Assembly (NCBI RefSeq): GCF_020745735.1
Contig: NC_083409.1
Location: forward strand, 9,971,534 to 10,035,533
Length of the DNA: 64,000 bases
Origin: Hemiscyllium ocellatum
Lineage: Eukaryota
Direction: 5' to 3'
In this document: positions 11,015-22,706 of the stretch, piece after piece
How the letters are laid out: the number at the start of each line of letters is the position of its first letter
How positions within the stretch are numbered: the first letter of the stretch is position 1
Program-made: the position numbers and the translations under genes
The notes under the pieces: generated by a model
Database searches by the model: none
Seen by the model: only the letters and a program-made list of their open reading frames with translations
Told to the model about the DNA's origin: nothing

Positions 11015-12971
11015 GTAAGTAAACCTCAATCCTCTGTTATTAACCCTGTCAATACTGAAACACACTTTCTAAAATACAGTTACTGATTTGTTGAAGGTGT
11101 TAGTGGGAAGCTGCAGTGAATGAAATGGTTGATTGAGGAGCACTGTGTCTAACAGGGTGTCCAGCTATATTTTTTACTTTCATGCCCTCTTTAAAAAAAG
11201 CAAGATATAAGTCAGTAAGTTTTACTCACCGTGTGGAGGAGCTCTGTCCATTTGCAGCCTGTGGTCCCATTCCTGCAGCATGGAGTGAAATCAGTGAGTA
11301 GCCTCCTGCCAGTCTCAGTGTGACGGACACGGGGCAGAGTTTGATGTGAGCTCTGGCTCCCTGTCCCAGTCTCTGATCTCACTGACCTCAGCAGCAGCAG
11401 CAGCAGCAGCACAGTGAGACACCGAGCTCCCACCTCCCCCAGCTTTAACTCTGCTCAATCACACAATCACAGAATTGTTACAGTGCACAAGGAGGCCATT
11501 CCGTCCATCCTGTCTGGACTAGCTCTCCGAATGAGCAATTCACTGAGTGTCATTCTCCTGCCTTCTCCCTGTCACCCTGCACATTGTTCCTTTTCAGATA
11601 ACAGTCTCATTCCCTTCGGAATGTTTCAATTGAAGCTGCCTCCACCACACTCTCAGGCAGTGCATTCCACACCTTAACCACCCACAGGCTGAAAATGTTT
11701 TTCCCCATCTCACTTTTCTTACTTTTCCAATTACTTTCAATCTGTGGCCTCTCGGTCTCAATCCTTTCACAAGTGGAATCATTTTCTCCCTATTGACTCT
11801 GTTCCAGGCCCCTCCTGATTTTGAATTTCTGGAACAATTCTCCTCGCTGCCTTCTCCAAAGACTTGAAGGTGCCGGTGTTGGACTGGGGTGGACAAAGTT
11901 AAAAATCACACAACACCAGGTTATAGTCCAACAGGGGGTTTATTTGGAAGCACTAGCTTTCGGAGCGCCCCTCCTTCATCAAATGGTTGTCAGCGACGCT
12001 CCAAAAGCTAGTGCTTCCACATTAACCTGTTGGACTATAACCTGATGTTGTGTGATCTGTAACTTTCTCCAAAGAAGACAGTCCCAAATTCTCCAATCTA
12101 TCTTCATAACTGATATTCCTCATCCCTGGAATGATCTTTGTGCATATGTTTGCCAGCTCTACAAAACATTCACCTCATTTCTGCATTATTCACATTATTT
12201 ATGTCCCTCATGATTTTATAAACCTCTATAAGGTCACTCCTCAGCCTCTGGCACTTCAGGGTAAAAGATCTCAGCTTTTCCAGCCTCTAATGGTCACGGA
12301 GTCATACAGCGTGGAAACAGATCTTTCAGTCTAACTTCTCCATGCTAACTAGATATCCAAAACTGACTTCAGCCCATTTGCCAGCATTTAGCCCACATCC
12401 CTCTAAACCCTTCCTATTCATGTACCCATCCAAACATCTTTGAAATGCTATAATTGTATCCGTCTCCAGCACTTTCTCTGACAGCTCGATCCATACACGC
12501 ACCACCCTCTGTGTGACAAGTTACCCCTCAGGTCCCTTTTGGATCTTTTGCCTCTCATCTTAAACCTATACCCTCTATTTTGGATTCCCTTTCCCAAGGC
12601 AAACACCTGGGATGTACACCCTGTCCATGCCCGTCATGATTTTATAAACATCTATAAGGCCACCCTTCAGTCTCCGATCCTGCAGGAAAAATAACCCGTC
12701 TATTGAGTGTCTTCCGACAGCTCAAACCCTCCAGTTCCAGGCAACATCCATGTCAATCTTTTCTGCAGAATTTTAAGTTTAACAGCATCCTTCCTATCAC
12801 AGGATGATCAGAATTGTTCACATTATTCCCAAAGTAGCCTCACCAATTTCCTGTACAGCTGCAAATAATGTCCCAACTCTGATACTTTGTGCAGTGACCA
12901 ATAAAGGCAAGTGTACCCAACACCTTCTTCATCTCCCTGTCTCCCTGTGACTCCACTGTCAAGGAATAATG

Positions 12972-13103
12972 CCCCTGCACCTGCCCATGCACCTGCCCCT
13001 GCCACTGCCCCTGCCCCTGCCCCTGCACCGGCCCCTGCCCCTGCCACTGCCCCTGCCCCTGCCCCTGCCCCTGCACCTGCACCTGCCCCTGCCCCTGCAC
13101 CCT
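12972..13103. repeat. (CCCCTG)n-type hexamer tandem repeat
   Basis: About 20 imperfect GCCCCT/GCACCT/GCCACT units inside the CR1 fragment. Confidence 0.92.
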
Positions 13104-13291
13104 GAGGTCACTTTGTTGAGCAACACTCCACAGGGCCCCACCATTAACAGTATAAGTCCAGTCCTGGTTTGATTTTCCAAAATGCAACATCTCACATTTA
13201 TCTAAATTGAACTCCATTTGCCACACGTTTAGATCAGAGTGGTGCTGGAAAAGCACAGCAGGTCAGGCAACATCCGAGGAGCAGGAAAATC

Positions 13292-13319
13292 GACGTTTCG
13301 GGCAAAAGTCCTTCATCAG
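13292..13319 (-). ncRNA. Penelope-associated minimal hammerhead ribozyme core
   Basis: Reverse complement AAUC-CUGAUGA-A-GGAC-UUUU-GCCC-GAAAC-GUC-GAUU: core nucleotides intact, stem I AAUC/GAUU, palindromic ACGU stem III, one mismatch in stem II. Confidence 0.65.
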
Positions 13320-16059
13320 GATTCCTCTAGCCAAAACATCAATTTTTCTGCTCCTCGGATGCTGCCTGATATGTTGTGCTTTTCCAGCACCACTCTGATC
13401 TAAACTCTGGTTTCCAGCATCTGCAGTCTGCACTTTTGTCCATTTGCCACAACTCTGCCCATTTCCCCAAATGATCAAGGTCCCACTGTACTCTCAGATA
13501 ACCTTCTTCACTATCCACTGTACCACCAATTTTGGTGTCATTTACAAACTCGCTATAATTCCTATATTCACATCCAAATCATTTATTTAAATGATGAAAA
13601 GCCATGGACCCAGCACCAATCCTTGTGGCACACAGCTGACATCTGATCTCCAGTCTGAAAAGCAACCCCTTACCACCACTCTCTGTCTCCTATCTTGAAG
13701 CCATTTTTTTACCCAAATGGCTAGCTCCCCCTGGATCCCATGTGGCCTAACCTTCCTAATCAATCTATCATGTGGAACCTTGTCAAATGCTGAAGTCCAT
13801 ATAGACAGTGTCTACTGTTCTGCCTACCCCAATCTTCTCTTCAAACAACCTCAATCACGTTAGTGAGACATGATTACCATGCACAAAACTGCATTGATTG
13901 TCCAAATGCATGTAAATCCTGTTCCTCAGAATTCACTCCAATAACTTACCCAGCAATGACATCAGGCTCACTGGTTTATAGTTCCCTGGCTTTTCCTTAC
14001 AGCCTTTCTTAAATAATGGCTAACATTAGCCAACCTCTCTGGTTCTCCAGAACCTCACTCATGGCTGTCAATCAGAAACATACCTCAGCAAGGGGTCCAG
14101 CAATCTCTTTCCTAGCTTTCCACAATGTCCTGGGATACACCTGATCAGGTCCTGGAGATTTATCTACCGTCTTGCACTTTAAGAAATCCTCTTCTGTAAT
14201 GTCTTTCTCCATGATAAATACTGACCTGGAATATTCATTTAAGACCTAAACCATTTCCTGTGGATCCACCCAGAGGTACATTGTTCATCTTCATGGGGCC
14301 CTATTCTCTCTCTAGTTACTCTTTTGCCTTTTTCTTATTTACCATAATTCTACCACTTTTGCCCTTGAGTAAGTTCAGGAATTGTTTGCCCTCCTTCAAA
14401 TGTATCTCGACTATACCTGGTCCACATCCTCTACTATTCTTTTCAGGACTTTCCTGCCAACCTTTGATCCCACTTTATTCAGATCCGTTACATCCATATC
14501 CTATAGAAGCTGGCATTTTCCCCAGTGAAGATGTTTGACCCTGAAAAGGCCTTTGCTCTTTTCTACCGTCACCCTCAACTTTGTGATACAATGATCACTC
14601 TTCCTTAAGTGTCCTCTCACTGACACTTGATCCACTTGGGCCTCCTCATTCCCAAGATCCAGATCTAGCAGAGCCTCCTTTCTGGACTGGAAACATGCAG
14701 CTGGAGAAAATTCACATGGACACACTCTCACGACCCTGGCCCCTCTCTGTCCTTCACACTGCTACTACCCCAGTCTATATTCAGAAATTAAAGACATTCC
14801 CCCCCCCACCCTCATTTATAATGACTATTACATTTGCAGGTCACTGTAAATTCCTTGCAAATGTTTTCCTCTAAATCTTTCCCACTGGCTGGTGACTTAT
14901 TGACTGCACTGATGATTCTGTAGATCTTGGTGTTCCTCTCTGGTATTACCTCCTGACTCCCACAGCCCTGCCAAGTTAGCTTAAACCCTCTCCAACAGCA
15001 CGAGTAGATCACCTCAAAGGAGCTCAGTGCCAGCTCTGTTCAGGAGCAACGCTGTCTGGTCTATCCAGGTCCCATCTCCCCCAGACCCAGTCCCAATGTC
15101 ACAAGAATCTAAAACCCTCCCTCCTGGATCCTCTTTCCAGCCCCACAGTCACTTGTGTTATCCTCCTGCTAATCTTGTCACTTGCCTGGGGCACTGGGAG
15201 TAATCTGAAGATTCCTACTTTTGAGTTCCTGATGTTAATTCCCTTCTGAGCTCCTGAAATTCTGACTGCAGGACTACATCCCTTTTCTCCCTCTGTCACT
15301 GGGACTGATGTGGACCACGACTGCTGCCTGTTCCCCCTCTCCCCTCAGGGTGCTCTGCAGTCGCTCAGTGACATCCTTCACCCTGGCACCAGGGAGACAA
15401 CACACCATCCTGGATTCCCATCTGCAGCTGCAGAAATACCTATCGATGACCTCACTCTCGAATCTCCTTTCACGATCAGTCTTCCAGTCTTCCTTATACC
15501 CCCCTCCCCCCAATACAGCTGAGCCACCAGTGGTGCCATGGGTTTGGCTCTGGATGCACTCCCCAGATGAACCATCATTCTCATCAGGATTCCAAACTGA
15601 ATCCTGGTTGGAGAGTGGGATACACTCAGGGGATTCCTGTACTAGCTGCCTGGTCCTTTTGGACTGTCTGCTGCTCCCCCATTCCCTCTCTCCCTGCATA
15701 CTCTGAAGCTGCAGAGTGACCACATCTAGAAACGTGCTCTCCACGGAGCTCTCAGCCTCACGGACGCTCCGCACTGACACCAGCTGCTGCTCAAGCTCCG
15801 AAATCCGGAGCTCCAACTGCTGTCACTGACCACACTTCCTGCACTCATGGTATTCCAGGAACTGGGAAGCATTCTGAAATTCCCACATGGATGCACACTC
15901 TCTCCACTCTTTGGTTGTCTCTGGGCAAAGTTCTAATGACAAACAGCTCCAGCAGGGCTCACAGTCCAGTGGGTTCAGTGTTCCAGGGTTTTGGGAAAAC
16001 TCTCCAGAAGTCTTTAAGAAACAGGAGCAGAAATCAGCCAATCAGCCCATTGAATCTGC

Positions 16060-19000
16060 TCTGCCATTTGATCTTGGCAGATATGCTTCTCACCCCATTC
16101 TCCTGCCTATTCCACAGGAACGTTCGATCCCCTTAGCAATCACAAACCTATCTATCTCTGTCTTAAATACACTCAGTGACCTGGCCTCCAGCCCACTGTA
16201 GCAATGAGTTCCACAGATTCCCCACCCTCTGGCTGAAGAAAGTCCTCCTCATCTCAGCTCGAAAGGTTGGCCCTTCATTCTGAGGCTGTGCCTTGGTTAC
16301 CGAGTCTCTCCTGTTTTTGGAAACATCTTCTCTGCATCCACTCTATCCAGGCCTATCAGTATTCTGTAAATTTCAATAAGGTCCCTCATCCTTCTAAACT
16401 CCAGTAAGTACAGACCCAGAGTCCTCAACCACGCCTCATATGACAAGCCTTTCATCCCCAGGATCATTCTTGTAAACCCCTTCAATGCCAGCACGTTGTT
16501 TCTTAGAATATGGGTCCCAAATCTGCTCACAATATTCCAAATGTGGTTTGACCAGAGCCTTACACAGCCTCAGCAGTACATCTCTGCTCTTGTATTCTGG
16601 CCCTACTGAAATGAATGTGAACATTTTATTTGTTTCCCAAGCACAAACTGGACCTGCCTGTTAACCTGAAGGGAAACCTGAATGAGGTTTGTGCTTTAGA
16701 TTTCCAAAGACTTTCCTCATTTAGAAAACAGTCTTTGCATCTGTTCTTCATCCCAAAGTGCATACCCTCACACTGTCACACATTGTATTCTATCTGCCAC
16801 TTCTTTGCCCACTCTCCGAGTCTATCCAAGAGTTTTTACAGCCTTCCCACTTCCTCAACACTACCTGTCCCTCCACCTATCTCATGTCACCTGCAAACTT
16901 AGCAACAATGTCTTCACTTCCTTCATCCAGATTGATCATGCAAAATGTGAATAGTTATGGTCCCAACATTGACACCTGCAGAACTCTACTCGTCACCAGC
17001 GGCCATTGTTCCTCACGCTCTGCTTTATGCCAACCTGCCAGTCCTCAGTCCATGCCAGTACATTGCCCCTAACACTGTGGGCGCTTATCTTATGTCAAGT
17101 GCCTTCTGGAAATCCAAAAAGATTACTTCCTCGGACTCTCTTTTGTCTGATTGGTTCATTGCCTCCTCAAAGAATTCTAACAGATTTGCCAGGCATGACG
17201 TCTCCTTGATGAAGCCATTGCACTTCCAAGTCCTCTGCAATTTCATCCTTAAATTGAAGTCTAAAACCTTACCAACAACTGAGTCCTGGCTAACTGGCCG
17301 ATAATGTCCCATCTTCTACCTCCCTCCATTCTTAAACAGGGGTGGTATGTGAGCCATTTTCCTGTCCCTTGCCCCTACCAAATCTGTCCCCACCCCACCT
17401 CCACACCCTGACTCCATTGATTCCTGAAAGATCATCTCCAATACCTCCACAATCTCCTCAGTGATCTCCTTCAGAACACACTGGTGTAGTTCATCCAGTC
17501 TGGGTGAGTTATCCACATTCAGACCTTCCAGCTTCCCCAGTACCTCCTCCTTAGTGATGGCCACTACACTCCCCTCCAACCCCTGACAGTCTTGAATTAC
17601 TGGTACACTGCTGGTGTTTTCCATGGTGCAGACTGATGCAAAGTATCTATTCAATTCCTCTGCTATTCCTAATTTTCCTGTTATTCTTTCTCCAGCCTCA
17701 CTTTCCAGTGATCCATAGTCTATTTTTGACTCCCTCTTCCTTTTTATACACCTGATAAAACTCCTGCAATCTTCTTTTATATGACTGGCTAGATAACTCC
17801 CACATTTCACATTCTCCACCCTTAATGCTTTTTCAGTTATCCCCTGCAGGTTTTTAAAGGCTTCCTAATCCTCTGGCTTCCCACTATTCTCCACCACATT
17901 GTGTGCTTTTTCTTTTGCTTTTATGCTGTCCTTGACCTCCCCCATCAGCCATGGTTCCTTGTCCTCCCCTTGGTATTTTTTTTCTTTTTTGGGATGAATT
18001 CCTGCTCTGCTTCCTGAATTACCCCCAGAAACTCTGCTGTTTGCTGCCCCACCATCTTACCTGCTCGGCTCCCCTTCCAACCAACTCTGGCCAGCTCCTT
18101 CCTCATGTCTTTCGAGTTACCATTACTCAACTGAAATACTGTTCCATCTGATTGCAGCTTCTCCCTCTCAAACTACAGGGGGAATTCTATCATATTATTG
18201 TCACTTATCCACAGGGATACTTTCACCTTAAACTAACTCATCATGTTTGCTTCAATACGCATCACTGAATCCAGACCTGCCTGTTCCATCATGGCTCAAC
18301 CACAAGCTGCTCCAAAATTCATCTCGTCGACATTCTATGAAACCTTTCCTTGAGATACACTACCCAGTCCACATATCCATTGAAGTCTGCCCTGACATTT
18401 TCTGTCTCCAGACTGATTTCCTTCCCCACACCCTGATTACTGTTTGGAGATCTGGGCATAAATTTCATCAGATTCTTTATTTATTGCAGTTCCTCAGCTC
18501 TACCCACACAGATTCTACACCTTCTAACTCTATATCACTTCTTGCTATTGATTTAATTTCATTTCTCACTAACAAGGCAACTCTTCCCCCTCTGCCCATC
18601 TGCCCGTCCTTTTGATGGGACATGTATCCTTGGGTATTTAGTTCCCAGCCTGGATTCCCTTACAGCCATGTCTCTGTGATACCCACAACATTGTACCTGC
18701 CAGTTTCAATCTGCACTCCAAGCTCATTGTGTATACTATGTGCATTGACTGCCCTCCTTCCCATCATTGTCCCCTTATCTGCTGTGCTTTATGTTCGATT
18801 CCTGATCCTTTCTGTACTCTCTGTCCTTTTACATCTTCTAGAAACTTGAATAACCTTTCCTGAGCCCTCCTCCACTTTAATTAGTTCAAATTCCTTAGAA
18901 ACTCAATTTACCTCAATGTGTGGCATCACTTTTACTCCCTTACTCGGAATGCTTTGTGCATTGAGATACAACCTCTTTAAGTTTGTACTATTATTGATTT
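16060..19000 (-). mobile_element. CR1 LINE ORF2 (EN plus RT), degenerate
   Basis: RLYLNAQSI (EN start), YRPVS, GFIKETSCLANLLEFFEE, VIFLDFQKA (RT) and ALVKPHLEYCEQIW (C-terminus). Confidence 0.85.
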
Positions 19001-19774
19001 TCCATGCACTTTCATGGTTCCTTTGATGTTCAAAACTTCCATCCCTTTCTTTTATTTTCTTGTCACAATCAATCCCATCACTAACCAGCAATCCTACCTT
19101 CTCCTTTACCTTCCATTTTCTCATTTTCCATCCAACTGAACCAAATTACTTTCTCTTTGGGTTGAGTTCAGGCCAATATTTATCATTGAGCCAACATCAT
19201 TATTGCTCTTTGATCTCATTGCTTCTAGTGGGATCTTGCTGTGCAGAAACTGGCTGCCACGCTACTGACATTGCAACAGGGACTGCTTGTCAAACAGAAA
19301 TGCCTGTAAATGTCTTTCAGAGAGTCAAAAATATTAAGGGCTGGACTGAAATATAATTAGTGTCAGGGATGGACAGCACAGAAACAAATACCTTCAACTC
19401 CCTGATAATCCTGCCCACAACTGATTTCAATCTCTCCCCATGGTTATTGCCCTCTGTGCTGGTGGAAATCAGTCCTTCCTACCCACTCTGTCCAGACCCC
19501 TCATCATTTTACACACCACCATCAAATCACCCCTCTGCCTCCTCTGTTCCAACAAAAACATTCCCAGCCAATCCAATCATTCCTTAAAGCTCAAAGTCCC
19601 AATTCCAGACAAACTCTTCCTCTGTCCTGGTCTCTCGAGAGATCACATCCTTCCTGTAATGTGGTGACCAGAACCATACACAGTTCTCTCACTGTGCTCT
19701 AACTGGGGTTTTACACAGTTCCAGAATAAACAAACTCCTTGCTTTCACAGTCAACCAAAAATGAGATAAGGGAG

Positions 19775-20105
19775 GTGATGGTCTAATGGTGTTATTGCTG
19801 AACTGTTAATCCAGAGATCCAGATAATGTTCTGGGGACCAGGGTTAGAATCCAGCAGATGGTGGCATTCAAATTCAATCCAAACAAAATCTGCAATTAAG
19901 AGTCTAATGATGACCATGAAACCATCGTTGATTGTCAGGAAAAGCATCTGATTCCCTTGTGTCCTTTAGGGAAGGAAACTGCCATCCTTACCATGTGACC
20001 CCAGACCCACAGCAATGTGGGTGACTCTAAAAGGCCCTTTGGGTGATTAGGGATGGGCAATAAATGCTGCCGATCCAGCAATGCCCTCATTCCATCAAGG
20101 GAAAA
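19775..20105 (+). mobile_element. Old tRNA-derived SINE with GGGCAATAAATGCTG tail
   Basis: tRNA-like head and a tail shared with L2/CR1-type 3' ends seen elsewhere (e.g. 44535-44560). Confidence 0.5.
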
Positions 20106-21235
20106 AGAAAAACAGTTTTTCCCATGTGTCTTCTGAACTATCTCACTGACCTGCATTCATTAGTCACCATGGCCACATCTTCCACCTCCACACACATCTG
20201 ACTTCCAGCTTCAACATGATGAGAGACGTTCCTTCATTATCTGAGAAACAGAAACATCAAACACAGGAGCAGCAGTAGGCCATTCGGCCCTTCAAGCCTG
20301 CTCCACCATTCAGTATGATCAAGGCTGATCATCCAACACAGTCCCCTGTTCCTACTTTCTCCCCACATTCTTTGATCCCTTTAATCCTAGGAACTATATC
20401 TAATTCCTTCTTAAATACACATTGCATCTAATTCCCTTTTACTGGAAAAATGGATGACAATTATTGGGTTGTTGTTTTTTGACCAGTATGGACACAATGG
20501 GCTGATGGGCCTTTTGGGTCCCGAAGACTCTATTGTTATATATTATGAATAACTGAGTACCAAGGACTGACCCTTGTGGCACCCTAAGTTGTAATTACCT
20601 GCCATTCAGAAAAAGACTCATTCTTTCTGTGCTGCCTGCCAACCAGTTCCCAATCCATGTCAGTACGTGACCCCAATCCTCTTGTTCATTTGGTCTAGAT
20701 CTGGGAGTCCCACCCTTACTCATTGTGGGAACAGATTCTGAACAGTCTGTCTCATCCTTCGAGGGCTCCCACTGCCCTGACACTGATTTCCCATCATGTC
20801 ATTGGTTCCGATCCACTTTTACCAAAGCACCGCACAGTTTAGTAAAATGAAAACTTTTACACTTGCTCCTTGGTTCTCCATTTCCATCCCTACTCTCAAT
20901 CTCACTGAGTTCTGATCACTGTCACTAAAATGATCCCCCATCGATAGCCCTTCGAGATGCCCACATTCATTCCATAACCAATGGTCCAAAATTGTCCCTT
21001 CTCTCTCTCTGCTGCTTCACCATCACCTTCTCAGGGGCAACTAAGGACGGTAATGAATGCTGGCCCTGCCAGTGACACTCAGATCCCAAGAAGCAATTTG
21101 AACAATGTCTGTTCATTTGTCGGGTTTGTTAGGTATTGACTACAAATGTTCAAAAAATTGCATTGCCAGTGAATATTGTGAGGGTTGAATTCCCTTCAAA
21201 TGGCAGGGATTAAAATTGTTTCTCTTTTCTTTCAG

Positions 21236-21564
21236 GCCGTGACAACTCTCAGCCCAAGCTGACCCTGCTGCCCCCCTCCCCGGAGCAGGTCAGTGCCAAG
21301 GGCACTGCCACCCTGGTGTGCCTTGCCAATCACTTCTATCCCGATGAGCTGGAGGTGCAGTGGAAGAAGGACGGTGCAGTCATTTCGGACGGGGTTCAGA
21401 CCAGCAACTACCTGCGAGCTTCGGACAGCACCTACAGTGTCAGCAGCATGCTGACACTCTCTGGGTCTGACTGGGAGTCCAACGCTCACTTCTCCTGTGC
21501 CCTCACCCACGTGACCCTCCCCTCTCCCCTCAGCAAGAGCATCAGTAAATCAGAATGTGTATAG
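21236..21564 (+). CDS. IGKC: Ig kappa-type light chain constant exon
   Basis: Acceptor TTTTCTTTCAG at 21235; (S)RDNSQPKLTLLPPSPEQVSAKGTATLVCLANHFYPDELEVQWKKDG...STYSVSSMLTLSGSDWESNAHFSCALTHVTLPSPLSKSISKSECV-TAG; in phase with J, intact, with the penultimate interchain Cys. Confidence 0.97.
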
Positions 21565-22089
21565 AGAGCGTGAGACAGTCCACAGAGGAGACACAACTTT
21601 AAATAGAACAGCGCTGAGCTGGCAGGACAAAGGTCATTGTCAGCACTGAATTTCAACTCTCTTCCTTCTCAGGACTGTTCAGAGAACCTTCTGAGGTTTG
21701 GATGTAAAAGCAGGTCATTGCGACAGTGTCGACGGAGCTTTACGCTGTGTCAAACCCCATGCTGTCCCTGTTCTGGGAGTGTTTGATGGGGACAGAGTTG
21801 ACTTGTGATGCCAAGTAAAATCTCTTGAAGTTGCTGAAGACTGTCAGCTGTACAAAACAATGTGAACCTCAGAATTCTCTGCTTCAGTAAACCAGATCTC
21901 CTTCCTGCTCAGCTGTCAGTTCCAATTTAAGGTTTTGTCACTGTTTAAAGGGACAGGATTCTCATGTTATTGAGCAAACCTCCACAAGTGTTTTCCTCAA
22001 GCTCCATTGTGGCTGTGAATTTGAGCAGCCTCCTCTGTCTGGGCTGTTAATTGCAGTTTTTTTTCTGTCAATGTGAATGTGGAAAAGGG

Positions 22090-22095
22090 AATAAA
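22090..22095 (+). terminator. Candidate polyadenylation signal of the light-chain transcript
   Basis: First AATAAA I found after the C stop, about 525 bp downstream, followed by a GT/T-rich stretch. Confidence 0.4.
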
Positions 22096-22502
22096 GATGA
22101 AGATTCAGTCTCTGTCTCTGTGTGCTTTGGAAATCGATGACTTTCCCCACCCCCCAGTTGATTGACTGCATTTCAGCAGGTCATTGTCAAGATTGGCTGG
22201 TTGGCCTCTCAATCAATTACAATCATCAATCATTAATCATTTTCAAATGATCCCTTTGGTCAGGAATTTATGCAGGTTACAAGATTCCAAAAAGAACAGA
22301 AACTGAAAGTTGTTAGGACTCAATAAGTACAATCTGATGCATTCCCTCTTCACTCTGTTGGTCCAGGCCCGGCTGATGGGATCGCACTGTGCAATCTCTG
22401 CTGCATGTTGGGTAGCTGCTGAAACAATCTTTGGCCAATCACTGACATTGTCAGCTGTGTCTCTCTGAGGTAAAAACAAGGACTGCAGATGCTGGAAACC
22501 AG

Positions 22503-22706
22503 ATTCTAGATTAGAGTGGTACTGGAAAAGCACAGCAGTTCAGGCAGCATCTGAGGAGCAGGAAAATCGACATTTCGGGCAAAAGCCCTTCATCAGGAAT
22601 AGAGCTTTATTCTTGATGAAGGGCTTTTGCCCGAAACGTCGATTTTCCTGCTCCTCAGATGCTGCCTGAACCGATGTGTTTTTCCAGCACCACTCTAATC
22701 TAGAAT
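22503..22706. mobile_element. Inverted pair of Penelope 3' tails forming a ~200-bp palindrome with two hammerhead cores
   Basis: Arms of about 100 bp are reverse complements around a central AGCT (22602-22605); hammerhead cores at 22569-22596 (-) and 22613-22640 (+). Confidence 0.8.

Larger units (their letters stand above)
12080..16000 (-). mobile_element. CR1 LINE, degenerate, in the J-C intron (ORF1 esterase, EN and RT remnants)
   Basis: RESRMVCCLPGARVKDVTERLQ (SGNH esterase-type ORF1), LDLGNEEAQV...SDH (EN) and WQMEFNLDKCEMLHFG (RT C-terminus); interrupted by a Penelope tail and a hexamer repeat. Confidence 0.8.

Noticed and set aside
11410-11416. Perfect heptamer CACAGTG 3' of J
   Set aside because: There is no nonamer at 12 or 23 bp spacing. 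Other isolated heptamers, and the lone GGTTTTTGT at 47263-47271, also lack partners. I found no second V, J or C in the window.
11212-11433. Antisense ORF resembling a signal peptide (MGARCLTVLLLLLLLRS)
   Set aside because: It starts at GTG, not ATG, and the poly-Leu is just the reverse complement of the CAG run.
12840-13256. ORFs with QG, PA, LP or RG repeats
   Set aside because: These are translations of the hexamer microsatellite embedded in a CR1 remnant.
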